32,000 nucleotides of DNA. Source: Thermomicrobium roseum DSM 5159 (lineage in GTDB: Bacteria > Chloroflexota > Chloroflexia > Thermomicrobiales > Thermomicrobiaceae). Positions 15,742-24,635 of this stretch are shown here, piece by piece. The stretch is from the NCBI RefSeq assembly GCF_000021685.1, contig NC_011961.1:279527-311526 (forward strand). Direction: 5' to 3'. The notes beneath the pieces were generated by a model. It was not told the origin of the DNA. It did no database searches and saw only the letters and a program-made list of their open reading frames with translations. Each line of letters opens with the position of its first letter. Position 1 is the first letter of the stretch. The translations under genes and the position numbers were made by a program.

Positions 15742-18522
15742 TCACGCTTCGGGGGTCGCCTGTCTTGCAGGCTGCATGGTCGGTCGTCGAGTCGGTTCCC
15801 CGAGGACTTCGCTCGTTTCCCAGGAATCGCGGCGCGGCCAGCGTCGCCGCAGCCACTTGTGCACCTCGACGACCGCGAGGATCGTGCTGGCGACCAAGAT
15901 GATGCGTGGCCAGATGTCGAGCGGGATCGGCTCGACGCGGAGCACGAACTGGGTGAGCGGGACGTACAGTGCGCCGACATGAACGATGATGGCGGCGATG
16001 ACTGCGGCGAAGAGTACTCGATTCGAGAAGGGACTCATCCGGAAGAGCGAGCGGATGCTCGAGCGCGCATTGCCGACCTGGAAATTCTGGAAGATCACCA
16101 TCGTCGTCAGTGCGACGGTTCGAGCGAGGTCCAGCGATCCAGACGCTCGTAGCGTCCAATCAAAGATCCAGAGTGTTCCCGCGGCCATGACGAGACCACT
16201 GAGGAGAGTCCGCTCCCACAGGAGCGGGGAAAGGATCCCCTCGCGTCGCGGACGTGGACGGCGACGCATGAGCCCAGGTTCCTTCGGCTCGAAGGCCATG
16301 GCGACGTCCTGGAGCCCGTTGGTGACCAGGTTGAGCCAGAGCAGCTGCGCTGGATAAAAGGGTAAGGGCCACCCGGCTAGGACCGCGAACGGCAGGACGA
16401 AGAGCATCGCTGCACCAGTGGAAATCAAGAAGAAGGTCGCCTTGCGCAAGTTATCGAAGGCGCCACGTCCCTCCTCGACAGCCGCGACGATGGTCACGAA
16501 ATTGTCGTCAGTGAGGACGATATCGGCTGCCTCGCGGGCGACATCGGTGCCGCTCTTGCCCATCGCGACACCGATCTCAGCTGCCCGCAGCGCGGGGGCG
16601 TCGTTGACGCCGTCCCCGGTCACAGCAACCGTTTCGCCATTGGCTTGCAAGGCGCGCACGATCCGCAATTTCTGCTCGGGCTCGACCCGTGCAAAGACCG
16701 AAACCTGTTGGACGATGGAACGGAGTTCTTCGTCGGACAGTCGTTGCAGTTCCCGGCCGGTGAGGACAGGGCTCGAACGGGGAGCGATGCCCAGGAAGTC
16801 GGCGATGGCCGCAGCGGTCGCTGCGTGGTCGCCAGTGATCATGACGACGCGGATACCAGCGGAGTGGCAGCTGGCGATGGCCTCGCGGACGCCTGCGCGG
16901 GGAGGATCCCAGAGCCCGACGAGACCGAGGAACGTCAAGCCACTGGGCTCGAGCAGCGACTCGATGCGTTCGGCGTGCTCGAACGGTATCTCGCCTGCCG
17001 CGAAGCCGAGCACCCGCAGGCCCTGTTGAGCGAGCTGGTGGGCTGCCGCGAGAATGGCCTCGCGGTCGAGCGGAACGAGTCCTTCCGGGCTCACCCAGGT
17101 GCTGCACATGTCGAGGATGCGTTCGGGTGCCCCCTTCGCGAGGAAAACCGGTTTGCCGTCGATCCGCGAAACGACTGCTGCGAAACGTCGTTCTGGTTCG
17201 AACGGTATCTCGGCGAGGATCGGATAAATACTTTCCAGTTCTTCGCGAACGAGACCGAATCGTGCGCCGGCGATGAGGAGTGCGAGGTCGGTCGGATCAC
17301 CGATGCCTGCTCGTTCCTGTCCGATTTCTTCGCTGTGCGCGAGGGTCGCCTCATTCGCCAGCACGCCCGTCACGAGCACGCGGAGAGCTGGTGGAAGATC
17401 CGAGAACGCTGTCTCGCGAAGTGCAGAGAACGAGAGGTGCGGAACGGGATCGAGTTGCTCGTCCTCGAAGGAGATGACGCGCCTAGCAGCCCAGAGAGCC
17501 CGAACCGTCATCCGATTCTCGGTGAGCGTTCCCGTCTTGTCGGATCCGATGACGGTCGTGCTGCCGAGCGTCTCGACAGCAGCCAGGTGCCGCACGATGG
17601 CACGGCGCCGTGCCATCCGCTGGGCGCTCACCGCGAGGACGAGCGTCACAACGATCGGAAGGCCTTCTGGAACGATCGCAACCGCGGCACCGACCGCGAA
17701 CTTGAAGAGGAGCGCCGGTTCATCACCACGGAGCACACCGAACGAGCTGATGGCCACGATGCTCACGAGAACGACGAGGGCGACCAGACGTGCGAAGCGC
17801 GCGAATTGCCTCTCGAGCGGCGTTTGCGGTTGGGTCTCGGCTCGAGCCAGGTAAGCGATCTTGCCGAGTTCGGTAGCACGACCCGTACTGACGACGACGC
17901 CGACGCCGCGACCACTCGTGACGATCGTGCCGAGAAACGCCATACAAACACGATCAGCGATCGGTGTTTCGGGTGGGACGGGATCGGGGCGTTTGACCAC
18001 TGGAACCGATTCGCCGGTAAAAACCGACTCGTCCACCATGAGTGCTGTGGTCGAAACGAGCCGAAGGTCGGCCGGAACGCGGATCCCTGATTCCAGGAGG
18101 ACGATGTCACCAGGAACCAGAGATTTGGCGGGTATCTCGCGCTCGACGCCGTCGCGGATCACGCGAGCGCGTGGACTCAGGTAAAGCATGAGCGAGCGGA
18201 TCGCTTGCTCCGCACGCAACTCGTGGTAGGTTCCGAGCGCCGCGTTGATGAGCAGAACGGCGAAGATAGCGCCGGTATCGATCCATTCACCCAATCCGGC
18301 CGTGACGAGTGCTGCCACCAACAGGATATAGATCAGCGGGCTCTTGAACTGATGCAGGATGATGCGGAGAAGGCTCGGCGGCGGGGCAGTTTCGATTTCG
18401 TTCGGGCCGAACTGTTGTAACCGACGCTCCGCTTCTCGCGTGGCAAGCCCGTCGAGACTCGTGCCGAGTCGCTCGAGCGTTTCTGCTACCGTCAGGGCAT
18501 GCCAGTGTACTGTGTCTCGCAC
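15742..18522 (-). CDS. cation-translocating P-type ATPase, P2 (Ca2+/Na+-type, SERCA/PMCA-like)
   Basis: 926 aa. N-terminal Cation_ATPase_N-like WHALTVAETLERLGTSLDGL..RLQQFGPNE, a TGES motif (VFTGESVPV), IVPEGLPIVVTL, phosphorylation site GSDKTGTLTENRMTV, MITGDH, and hinge VAVTGDGVNDAPALRAAEIGVAMG. GTG start at 18522 with GAAGGGA 9 nt upstream. Confidence 0.9.
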   Translation of the reverse strand: MRDTVHWHALTVAETLERLGTSLDGLATREAERRLQQFGPNEIETAPPPSLLRIILHQFKSPLIYILLVAALVTAGLGEWIDTGAIFAVLLINAALGTYHELRAEQAIRSLMLYLSPRARVIRDGVEREIPAKSLVPGDIVLLESGIRVPADLRLVSTTALMVDESVFTGESVPVVKRPDPVPPETPIADRVCMAFLGTIVTSGRGVGVVVSTGRATELGKIAYLARAETQPQTPLERQFARFARLVALVVLVSIVAISSFGVLRGDEPALLFKFAVGAAVAIVPEGLPIVVTLVLAVSAQRMARRRAIVRHLAAVETLGSTTVIGSDKTGTLTENRMTVRALWAARRVISFEDEQLDPVPHLSFSALRETAFSDLPPALRVLVTGVLANEATLAHSEEIGQERAGIGDPTDLALLIAGARFGLVREELESIYPILAEIPFEPERRFAAVVSRIDGKPVFLAKGAPERILDMCSTWVSPEGLVPLDREAILAAAHQLAQQGLRVLGFAAGEIPFEHAERIESLLEPSGLTFLGLVGLWDPPRAGVREAIASCHSAGIRVVMITGDHAATAAAIADFLGIAPRSSPVLTGRELQRLSDEELRSIVQQVSVFARVEPEQKLRIVRALQANGETVAVTGDGVNDAPALRAAEIGVAMGKSGTDVAREAADIVLTDDNFVTIVAAVEEGRGAFDNLRKATFFLISTGAAMLFVLPFAVLAGWPLPFYPAQLLWLNLVTNGLQDVAMAFEPKEPGLMRRRPRPRREGILSPLLWERTLLSGLVMAAGTLWIFDWTLRASGSLDLARTVALTTMVIFQNFQVGNARSSIRSLFRMSPFSNRVLFAAVIAAIIVHVGALYVPLTQFVLRVEPIPLDIWPRIILVASTILAVVEVHKWLRRRWPRRDSWETSEVLGEPTRRPTMQPARQATPEA

Positions 18523-18578
18523 AGAACGCGATCCCTTCGCTCTCCGATCTGCGCAGCAGTCAGCGAAGTCGCGTTGGG

Positions 18579-19967
18579 CTACGATGCGTGCCCGGTCGTC
18601 GCTGACGTGCTGCGTTGTCGGGCGACTGCCTTGAGAACATCATGTCGGGTGACGATGCCGACGAGTTTGCCGTCACGCACGACCGGGATGTGCCGGACGT
18701 CGCGTTCGACCATGAGCTGGGCGATTCGGCTCAGTGGTGTGTCCTCCGTCACCGTCACTGCCGGTGCTTGCGCAACGTCTCCTGCCTTCATCGTCCGCGC
18801 TTCAGCGTAGATCCGCTCGATCCCTTCCGCATTCAGCCAGTGTCCGAAGAGCTGTGGGGCGCGGAAGGCCGCGAAAGGAATCGGCTTTTCCTGCGCCAGG
18901 AAGTCCTCTTCGCGAATCAGGCCGAGCAGCCTGCCGTCCGCATCGACCACTGGAACGGCGCCGATCTGCCGGTCGAGCATGAGTCGAGCGACCTGTTCGA
19001 GCGTGGCGTCTGGCCCGACCGTTACTGGATCCGGCGTCATGATATCGCGTGCCCGCAGGGTTTCGTTCGCAGTCGCCGGCTCTTCCAAGGCTTGTCGGAC
19101 GGCCTGTGGCCGGTGGAGGAGGAGCGGCACCGTCGTCGCATGGAGGACGTGCTCGGCCGTCGAGCCCAAAAGCACTCGCCGGATCCCGCTCATGCCGTGC
19201 GTGCCCATGGCGATGAGGCCAGCCTGGCGCGCGGCTGCTTCGGCCGCGATCGTCTCGGCGACTGGCCCACTGCCGAGGCTCCAGCTGGTCGGATAACCGC
19301 GGGCACGGACTCGCTGAGCGACGGCTTCGAGATATCGCTCCCAGCGCGCGGGATCTTCTTCCTCGGCGAGGACATGAAAGAGGTGGAGCTGCAGGGGCTC
19401 CGAACCCTGACCGAGCAGGTCGAGCGCGGTATCGATCGCCTCCTCGGCCAGTGCTGAACCATCGAGGGGGACGAGAACCGGCGAGAACGTTACCGAGGCG
19501 TTGGGAGCTGGAACGGGTACACGAGCGCGCACGACGAGCGCCGGTTGCCGCGCCCGCTGCATCACGCTGAAGGTGACGCTCCCCACTAGCAAACGGGCCA
19601 CACCCAAGCGGCCGTGGCTGCTCATGACGATGACCGCTGCCTGACTCGCATCGGCGTACGCGACGATCTCCTTGGCCGGCTCGCCCAGGCGCACCTCGAT
19701 GCGACAGGACACGTCGCTGATCGCGTTCCGCAGCCGTTCGAGCGACGCGCGGCGCTGTTCCAGCCAGCGCTGCACCAACTGTTCGACCTGCTCTCCCTCC
19801 GCTTCCAGATACGAGCGCAGGGATTCGGTGACCTCGACAATGGAAAGGAGAACGAGTTCACTCCCGAGTCGCTGAGCGATCGCTCGACCGAAGGGAATCG
19901 CACAGTGAGTCACGCGCTCCGGATCGAGATAGGTCGGGAGTACCGGAACGACCACCGGACCTGCCAT
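18579..19967 (-). CDS. tandem universal stress protein (USP) domains fused to a C-terminal CBS domain pair
   Basis: Track ORF 18579..19976 starts at TTG. I prefer ATG 19967 with AGGGAGGG 9 nt upstream. USP1 has ..VIVMSSHGRLGVARLLVGSVTFSVM. USP2 has the full ATP motif MGTHGMSGIRRVLLGSTAEHVL (G-x2-G-x9-G-S). The CBS pair is ARDIMTPDPVTVGPDATLEQVARLMLDRQIGAVPVVDADGRLLGLI and TVTEDTPLSRIAQLMVERDVRHIPVVRDGKLVGIVTRHDV. Confidence 0.85.
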   Translation of the reverse strand: MAGPVVVPVLPTYLDPERVTHCAIPFGRAIAQRLGSELVLLSIVEVTESLRSYLEAEGEQVEQLVQRWLEQRRASLERLRNAISDVSCRIEVRLGEPAKEIVAYADASQAAVIVMSSHGRLGVARLLVGSVTFSVMQRARQPALVVRARVPVPAPNASVTFSPVLVPLDGSALAEEAIDTALDLLGQGSEPLQLHLFHVLAEEEDPARWERYLEAVAQRVRARGYPTSWSLGSGPVAETIAAEAAARQAGLIAMGTHGMSGIRRVLLGSTAEHVLHATTVPLLLHRPQAVRQALEEPATANETLRARDIMTPDPVTVGPDATLEQVARLMLDRQIGAVPVVDADGRLLGLIREEDFLAQEKPIPFAAFRAPQLFGHWLNAEGIERIYAEARTMKAGDVAQAPAVTVTEDTPLSRIAQLMVERDVRHIPVVRDGKLVGIVTRHDVLKAVARQRSTSATTGHAS

Positions 19968-19994
19968 CGTGTCCAACCCTCCCTGTCCGCTTCA

Positions 19995-20009
19995 CTACCC
20001 TACGGGTAG
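19995..20009. promoter_or_regulatory. perfect 6-bp inverted repeat CTACCC-TAC-GGGTAG in the leader of the USP-CBS gene
   Basis: Read directly from the sequence. It lies about 28 nt upstream (coding sense) of ATG 19967. It could be an operator half-site pair or a 5'-UTR hairpin. Function unknown. Confidence 0.25.
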
Positions 20010-20437
20010 CCTATCATGATCGCGATCCTCGCGGTGCTAGTAACCCTGGCCCTCGCCGCTTCAGCGGCTCGCGCGGGTCGTCGTGCTTTCACGGCGCGTG
20101 ACCAGCGGTATCCGATCGAGGCGATACGAATCGAGCTGCGCGCGGGTGAGCAGCGCGGCGAAGGCTGCTCGGCTGGACCATGAGCTCGAGGGGGCGGATC
20201 CCATGAACCGCTCCTTCGCGTTTTGCGGCTCGCGGCATGGCTGAGGATGCCCAGCCGCAGGCTCAGGGATCGCCGAACACCCGGTACGCGGGCCGCGAAG
20301 CGCCGCATCGCTGCCGCCGGAACCGAGCGCGCTGTCCGGCGCACTGCTCTGGCCGGGACCGCCAACAGCACTCCGAACACACGCATGTGTCACTGTGTAA
20401 TACTGTAAGTGTGGAAATCGACAGAAGGAGGGATCGG

Positions 20438-20962
20438 ATGAGTCGCGATCCATTCGCAGCCGAGCTCCACGCGTGGTTCCTCGGGCGCCTGCCGGAGGGT
20501 TGGTTCGTGGAGCCGCCCGAGATCGCCTACGACCGGGACGAGATTCTCGTCGTCGGTCGTCTCGCTGAGCCATCGCTGCCGGAGGGAGCGAGCGAGGAGG
20601 AGCGGCAGGCCGCTTGTGCGGCGCGGATCCAGCGTTTCCGCGAGGAAACGCGTGCTCAGCGCATGCGCATCGCCAGCGAAGCCGAGTACCGGTTCGGCCG
20701 CAAGGTTTCCTGGGGAGCAGCCTGCGGTCCGATTCGCCAGTCGTTCACGGTGCTGAGCGTGCCCGTGATGACACGCTTGCGGCTCGCCGAGCGGCAGGTC
20801 CTCGATACGCTGGTCGAGGCTGGAATCGCGCGGAGCCGGAGCGAGGCACTGGCCTGGTGTGTCCGCTTGGTCGGTCGTCACCAAGCTGACTGGCTCGAGG
20901 AACTGCGCCGAGCCTTGGTCCGGGTACAAGAGCTCCGGCAGGCCGGCCCGGATGTCGATTGA
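20438..20962 (+). CDS. hypothetical protein with a C-terminal ribbon-helix-helix (CopG/Arc-like) looking segment
   Basis: Track ORF 20237..20962, trimmed to ATG 20438, which follows GAAGGAGGG (20425-20433). The C-terminal VMTRLRLAERQVLDTLVEAGIARSRSEALAWCVRLV has the strand-helix-helix pattern of RHH DNA-binding domains. The N-terminal two thirds are unrecognised. Confidence 0.6.
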   Translation: MSRDPFAAELHAWFLGRLPEGWFVEPPEIAYDRDEILVVGRLAEPSLPEGASEEERQAACAARIQRFREETRAQRMRIASEAEYRFGRKVSWGAACGPIRQSFTVLSVPVMTRLRLAERQVLDTLVEAGIARSRSEALAWCVRLVGRHQADWLEELRRALVRVQELRQAGPDVD

Positions 20963-20996
20963 ACGATGCCCGATGCTCTACCGAGGAGGGAGAACA

Positions 20997-22046
20997 GTGC
21001 TGCACCACACACTCGTCGTTCAGCCGATCACAACGGCCGACGCTGAAGATGCGGCTATGCAGGGGGGCGCGATGCCCGCGCTCGAGCCTGAGACCCTGCT
21101 CGATGCCTTTTCGGCAGCAGTCGTTCGTGTCGTCCAGCGTGTCGCACCGGCGGTCGTCGGATTGCGTGTCGTCCGCTCGACGCATCGTGGTTCCGACGTT
21201 CCTGGTGCGGGTTCGGGCTTCCTGATCACACCCGATGGCTATGTCCTCACCAACAGTCATGTCGTTCATCGCGCGCGGCAGATTGTCGTCTCGCTGGCCG
21301 ATGGGAGGGAATTTGCGGCCCAGCTAGTCGGTGAAGATCCAGCGACTGATCTGGCTGTCGTGCGGGTTCAGGCGAACGGGCTTCCCATCGCCGAGTTCGG
21401 CGATTCGGATCGCCTGCAGGTCGGTCAGCTGGTGATCGCCATCGGGAATCCGCTGGGGTTGCAGGCGAGCGTGGTGACCGGCGTAGTTTCGGCGCTCGGT
21501 CGCTCGTTGCGGGGGCCGGACGGTCGGTTGATCGAGAACGTCATTCAGACTGATGCTCCCCTCAATCCGGGGAATTCGGGTGGGCCGCTGGTCGATACGC
21601 GCGGCAAGGTGGTCGGTGTCAACACAGCGATCATCGCTGGTGCGCAGGGGCTGGGTTTCGCGATTCCTGCCAGTACCGCTCAGTGGGTCGTCGGCCAGCT
21701 GGTGCGCGAGGGACGCGTGCAGCGTGCCTGGCTCGGGATCATCGGTGAGCTCAAGAGCGTGCCAGGACGCTTCGTTCCGGAACACGGTGGAACACGGGCG
21801 GCTGGCATCGCGGTCCGCGAGGTCATCGTCGGGAGTCCAGCGGAGCGAGCCGGACTTCGACCGGGTGACGTGATCGTGAGCCTCGATGGCGCACCCGTGC
21901 GGTCGCCGACCGATCTGCAACGTCTCTTGGGTCGCGCACCGGTCGGCAGCACGATCGTGCTCGGAGTCGTGCGTCAGGGGAAGCTCGCGACCGTGCGAGC
22001 AGAACTCGCTCCCGAGCCGGATCGCGAACGTCAAGCGAGCCGGTAG
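20997..22046 (+). CDS. HtrA/DegP-family (S1C) serine protease with one PDZ domain
   Basis: Triad contexts YVLTNSHVV, ATDLAVVRV and NPGNSGGPLVD. PDZ: GIAVREVIVGSPAERAGLRPGDVIVSLDG. The start is set at GTG 20997, 6 nt after GAGGAGGG (20983-20990); ATG 20973 is the alternative. No obvious signal peptide or TM with either start. Confidence 0.85.
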   Translation: MLHHTLVVQPITTADAEDAAMQGGAMPALEPETLLDAFSAAVVRVVQRVAPAVVGLRVVRSTHRGSDVPGAGSGFLITPDGYVLTNSHVVHRARQIVVSLADGREFAAQLVGEDPATDLAVVRVQANGLPIAEFGDSDRLQVGQLVIAIGNPLGLQASVVTGVVSALGRSLRGPDGRLIENVIQTDAPLNPGNSGGPLVDTRGKVVGVNTAIIAGAQGLGFAIPASTAQWVVGQLVREGRVQRAWLGIIGELKSVPGRFVPEHGGTRAAGIAVREVIVGSPAERAGLRPGDVIVSLDGAPVRSPTDLQRLLGRAPVGSTIVLGVVRQGKLATVRAELAPEPDRERQASR

Positions 22047-23296
22047 ACCTCGGGAAAGAGCCGGCGACCGGCCAGCGTGAAGACGAGCGCACCCGATGCG
22101 GCGACCGCGACCGTGGCTGGCACACCGAAAAGATCCCCGATCCCGCCGAGCGCCATCGTCCCCAGTGGCATCAAGCCCATCGGAATCAACGTGTAGAGGG
22201 CCATCACGCGGCCGCGGAACTCGTCCGGAACGATCAGCTGGATGAGCGTGTTCGTGAGAGCCATGAGGAGCGTCTGGCTGGCACCGATGAGGAAGAGCAG
22301 GATCGCCGAGAGCTCGAGCCAACGTGAGAGCGCGAACCCAACGAGTGTCGCGGCGAAGACCAGGTTGACGAGGAAGAGAATGCGACCGCGATCCTGGCGT
22401 GCGCCCAGCCGCCCAACGAGCAGAGCCCCGCTCAACGCGCCGACTCCGTTGATTCCCATGAGGGCACCGTATCCCGCGGCGCTGGTGTGCAGGATATCGC
22501 GGGCGAAAACCGGCATGAGCTGCAGGTAGGGGCGGCCGAGGAAGGTGGGCACGGCCAGCAAGGTCAGCAGACCGAGCAGGCGCCGATCGTGCCGGACAGC
22601 CCGCAGGCCAACGCGGACGTGGACGAGCAGGGAAGTCGTGCTCGTGCGCTCGGGAGGTGCTGGTGCGATTGTCCAGACGGCCCAGAGTACCGGAAGATAA
22701 CTCACCCCGTTGAGCACGAAGGCCCAACCGGTGCCGGCCGCAGCGACCAGCAAGCCGGCCAGCGATGGGCCGATCACTGCGGCCGCGTTCCACGCAGCGG
22801 AGTTCAAACCGACGGCAGAAGCGACTCGGTCGTTCCCCACGAGACCAGGAACCATGGCCTGGCGCGCCGGATTGTCGAACGCCATGACGGTCGCGGTAGC
22901 GAATGCGATCGCCAGAATTTGCCACGGTCTGATCGTCCCGGTGAGATCGAGGATTCCGAGAAGCAGCGCGAGCAGGGCGGCCAACGACTGGGTGACGAGC
23001 AGGATTCGGCGCCGATCGACCCGGTCGGCGACTGCCCCGCCAACCAGCGTGATCGTCAGGGTCGGAATGGAGCGCAAGAGGCCGTACAGGCCCAGATAGG
23101 CTGGCGAGCCGGTGAGCGCCAGGATGAGCCATCCCTGGGCAACGAGTTGGAGCCAGCTCCCGATGTTGGAAACGAGCATGCCGGCCCAATAACGTCGGTA
23201 GGCTGGCACCGCGAGCGCGCTCGCGGTGAGAGCGGCGTGCAAGCGCGCCAGTCGCGATGTCTCTCCGGATGGTGCAGCTGGACGGTCAGCGGTCAC
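22031..23296 (-). CDS. MFS transporter (MFS_3/EntS-like subfamily)
   Basis: 12-TM-like hydrophobic profile. N-terminal YRRYWAGMLVSNIGSWLQLVAQGWLIL and the loop motif GGAVADRVDRRRILL are typical of this MFS group. The start is set at GTG 23296 (GAAGGGA 7 nt upstream). The track start at 23416 adds 40 Arg/Ser-rich residues. The 3' end overlaps the htrA-like gene by 16 bp (convergent). Confidence 0.82.
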   Translation of the reverse strand: MTADRPAAPSGETSRLARLHAALTASALAVPAYRRYWAGMLVSNIGSWLQLVAQGWLILALTGSPAYLGLYGLLRSIPTLTITLVGGAVADRVDRRRILLVTQSLAALLALLLGILDLTGTIRPWQILAIAFATATVMAFDNPARQAMVPGLVGNDRVASAVGLNSAAWNAAAVIGPSLAGLLVAAAGTGWAFVLNGVSYLPVLWAVWTIAPAPPERTSTTSLLVHVRVGLRAVRHDRRLLGLLTLLAVPTFLGRPYLQLMPVFARDILHTSAAGYGALMGINGVGALSGALLVGRLGARQDRGRILFLVNLVFAATLVGFALSRWLELSAILLFLIGASQTLLMALTNTLIQLIVPDEFRGRVMALYTLIPMGLMPLGTMALGGIGDLFGVPATVAVAASGALVFTLAGRRLFPEVYRLA

Positions 23297-23485
23297 GCGT
23301 CTATCCCTTCGCGCTGCCGACCTTGCCGGGCGCTGGCGCGATCGAGAAACCGGCTGGCAGCATAACAGATGCTGGACGAGCGTGGCAGTCGATCCCCTAC
23401 CAGTGGTGCACAGCACTCACCGCAACGGAACGAGCGATCCTGCTGCAACGCTCTGGCCCGACGTGCCGAGAGAGGACGGCGATAT

Positions 23486-23538
23486 CCAAAAGAGGACTCG
23501 AGCAGCGTGCAGCGCGGGGTTCGGTCTGCGCTCGCTCG
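23486..23538 (-). terminator. candidate intrinsic terminator downstream of the DD-carboxypeptidase gene
   Basis: The reverse strand has an imperfect GC-rich hairpin (CGAGCgAGCG..CGCTgcaCGCTGCTCG, about 12 bp with bulges) followed by TCCTCTTTTGG. It lies about 125 nt after the stop at 23664. Confidence 0.3.
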
Positions 23539-23663
23539 CCGAACTTGGGGAGTCCAGCGAGCCTCGCCGGACTACCTGGTCCCGACCGGCATGGGTGAAC
23601 CGTGATCGACCGGATGAGAGCGGCGCCGGAGTCCCCGGCCACCCCGGCACTCTTCGCGGCGAA

Positions 23664-24635
23664 TCATGGGACCGGCGCGCTACCGGTTGTCCGCGCGACC
23701 CAATCGATGATCGCCCGCATGTCACCGTAGCGATCCTGGCTCCCGAGGACGATGGCAACGAAGGTCCGTCCGTCACTGGTGCGCCACGCAGCGACCAGAC
23801 ACTGCCCGGCCTCGGGAGTCGTTCCGGTTTTGATCCCGATGACTCCGTGTTGACCGAGGAGTTCGTTCGTGTTCCGGAGTTCGAGCACGCGCGCCTTCGG
23901 ACCACCGACGCGGACCTGCGCCGTGCGCAGGGCGACGAGAGCGGCGAGTTCCGGATGGTCGAGTGTCGCGCGGGCGAGCTGGAGAAGGTCACGCGCACTC
24001 GTCGTCTGCCCGGGTACGTCGTCGCCGTCCGGTGTCAGCACGACCGTTTCGCTGAGGCCAAGTTCCCGAGCTTTCTCCTGCATCGCGACGAGGAAGCGCT
24101 CGCGCGGTGGTCGATCGGGGGGACCAGCGAGTCGCTCGCCAGCGCTGCGGGCCAGTGCCCGGGCGGCGTCATTGCCGGAGGGGAGGAGTAGGCCAAGCAG
24201 GAGGTCATGGACCGTGATCGTGTCTCCAACGTCCAGTCCCATGGCCGATTCACGGGCTGGATCGACCGTGTCCTCCGGCTGGACCGTGACGATTTCTTCG
24301 AATGAGAGGATCTCCACTGCAGTCAGCGCGGTGAGGAGCTTGAGAGTACTGGCTGGAGGAAGGGGTGTCCGGCTGGCACGCTCCAGGAGGATCCGGTCGG
24401 TGGTGAGATCGACGACGAGGACGGAGCGGGCGCTGAGCGAGGGTGGTTCGGGAGTCGGAGACGGTGTCGGCGTGGGGGTCGGTGTCGGTTCGGGTGAGGG
24501 TGCGACCGTTGTGGTGGACGGTAGACTGACTGGGGCTGCGTAGCGCGCCAGTGTCGCGCCAGCGATCGCGACACTCAGAGCGAGCAGACCGAAGGGAACG
24601 CCGAAGCGGCGGACAAAAGCGAAGAAGCCCCTCAC
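23664..24635 (-). CDS. D-alanyl-D-alanine carboxypeptidase (serine-type, peptidase S11/PBP5-like), membrane-anchored
   Basis: SxxK (ASTLKLLT), SxN (LLPSGNDAA) and KTG (GIKTGTT) motifs in the correct order. N-terminal TM/signal FGVPFGLLALSVAIAGATL, then a Pro/Thr linker PSPEPTPTPTPTPSPTPEPP. The GTG start overlaps the upstream stop (GTGA). Confidence 0.85.
   Translation of the reverse strand: MRGFFAFVRRFGVPFGLLALSVAIAGATLARYAAPVSLPSTTTVAPSPEPTPTPTPTPSPTPEPPSLSARSVLVVDLTTDRILLERASRTPLPPASTLKLLTALTAVEILSFEEIVTVQPEDTVDPARESAMGLDVGDTITVHDLLLGLLLPSGNDAARALARSAGERLAGPPDRPPRERFLVAMQEKARELGLSETVVLTPDGDDVPGQTTSARDLLQLARATLDHPELAALVALRTAQVRVGGPKARVLELRNTNELLGQHGVIGIKTGTTPEAGQCLVAAWRTSDGRTFVAIVLGSQDRYGDMRAIIDWVARTTGSAPVP

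Noticed and set aside
22031-22046. A 16-bp convergent 3' overlap of the htrA-like and MFS genes.
   Set aside because: This is a common consequence of compact genomes. Both stops are unambiguous and there is no evidence of special function.
24440-24500. Short periodic GGTGTCGG/GGNGTNGG repeats here, with a similar patch at about 30660-30775.
   Set aside because: They encode Pro/Thr-rich linkers (PTPTPTPTPSPTPEPP and TPTPVAAVTPPPVPTPTPP) of exported proteins. This is low-complexity coding sequence, not a CRISPR array or a tandem-repeat locus.
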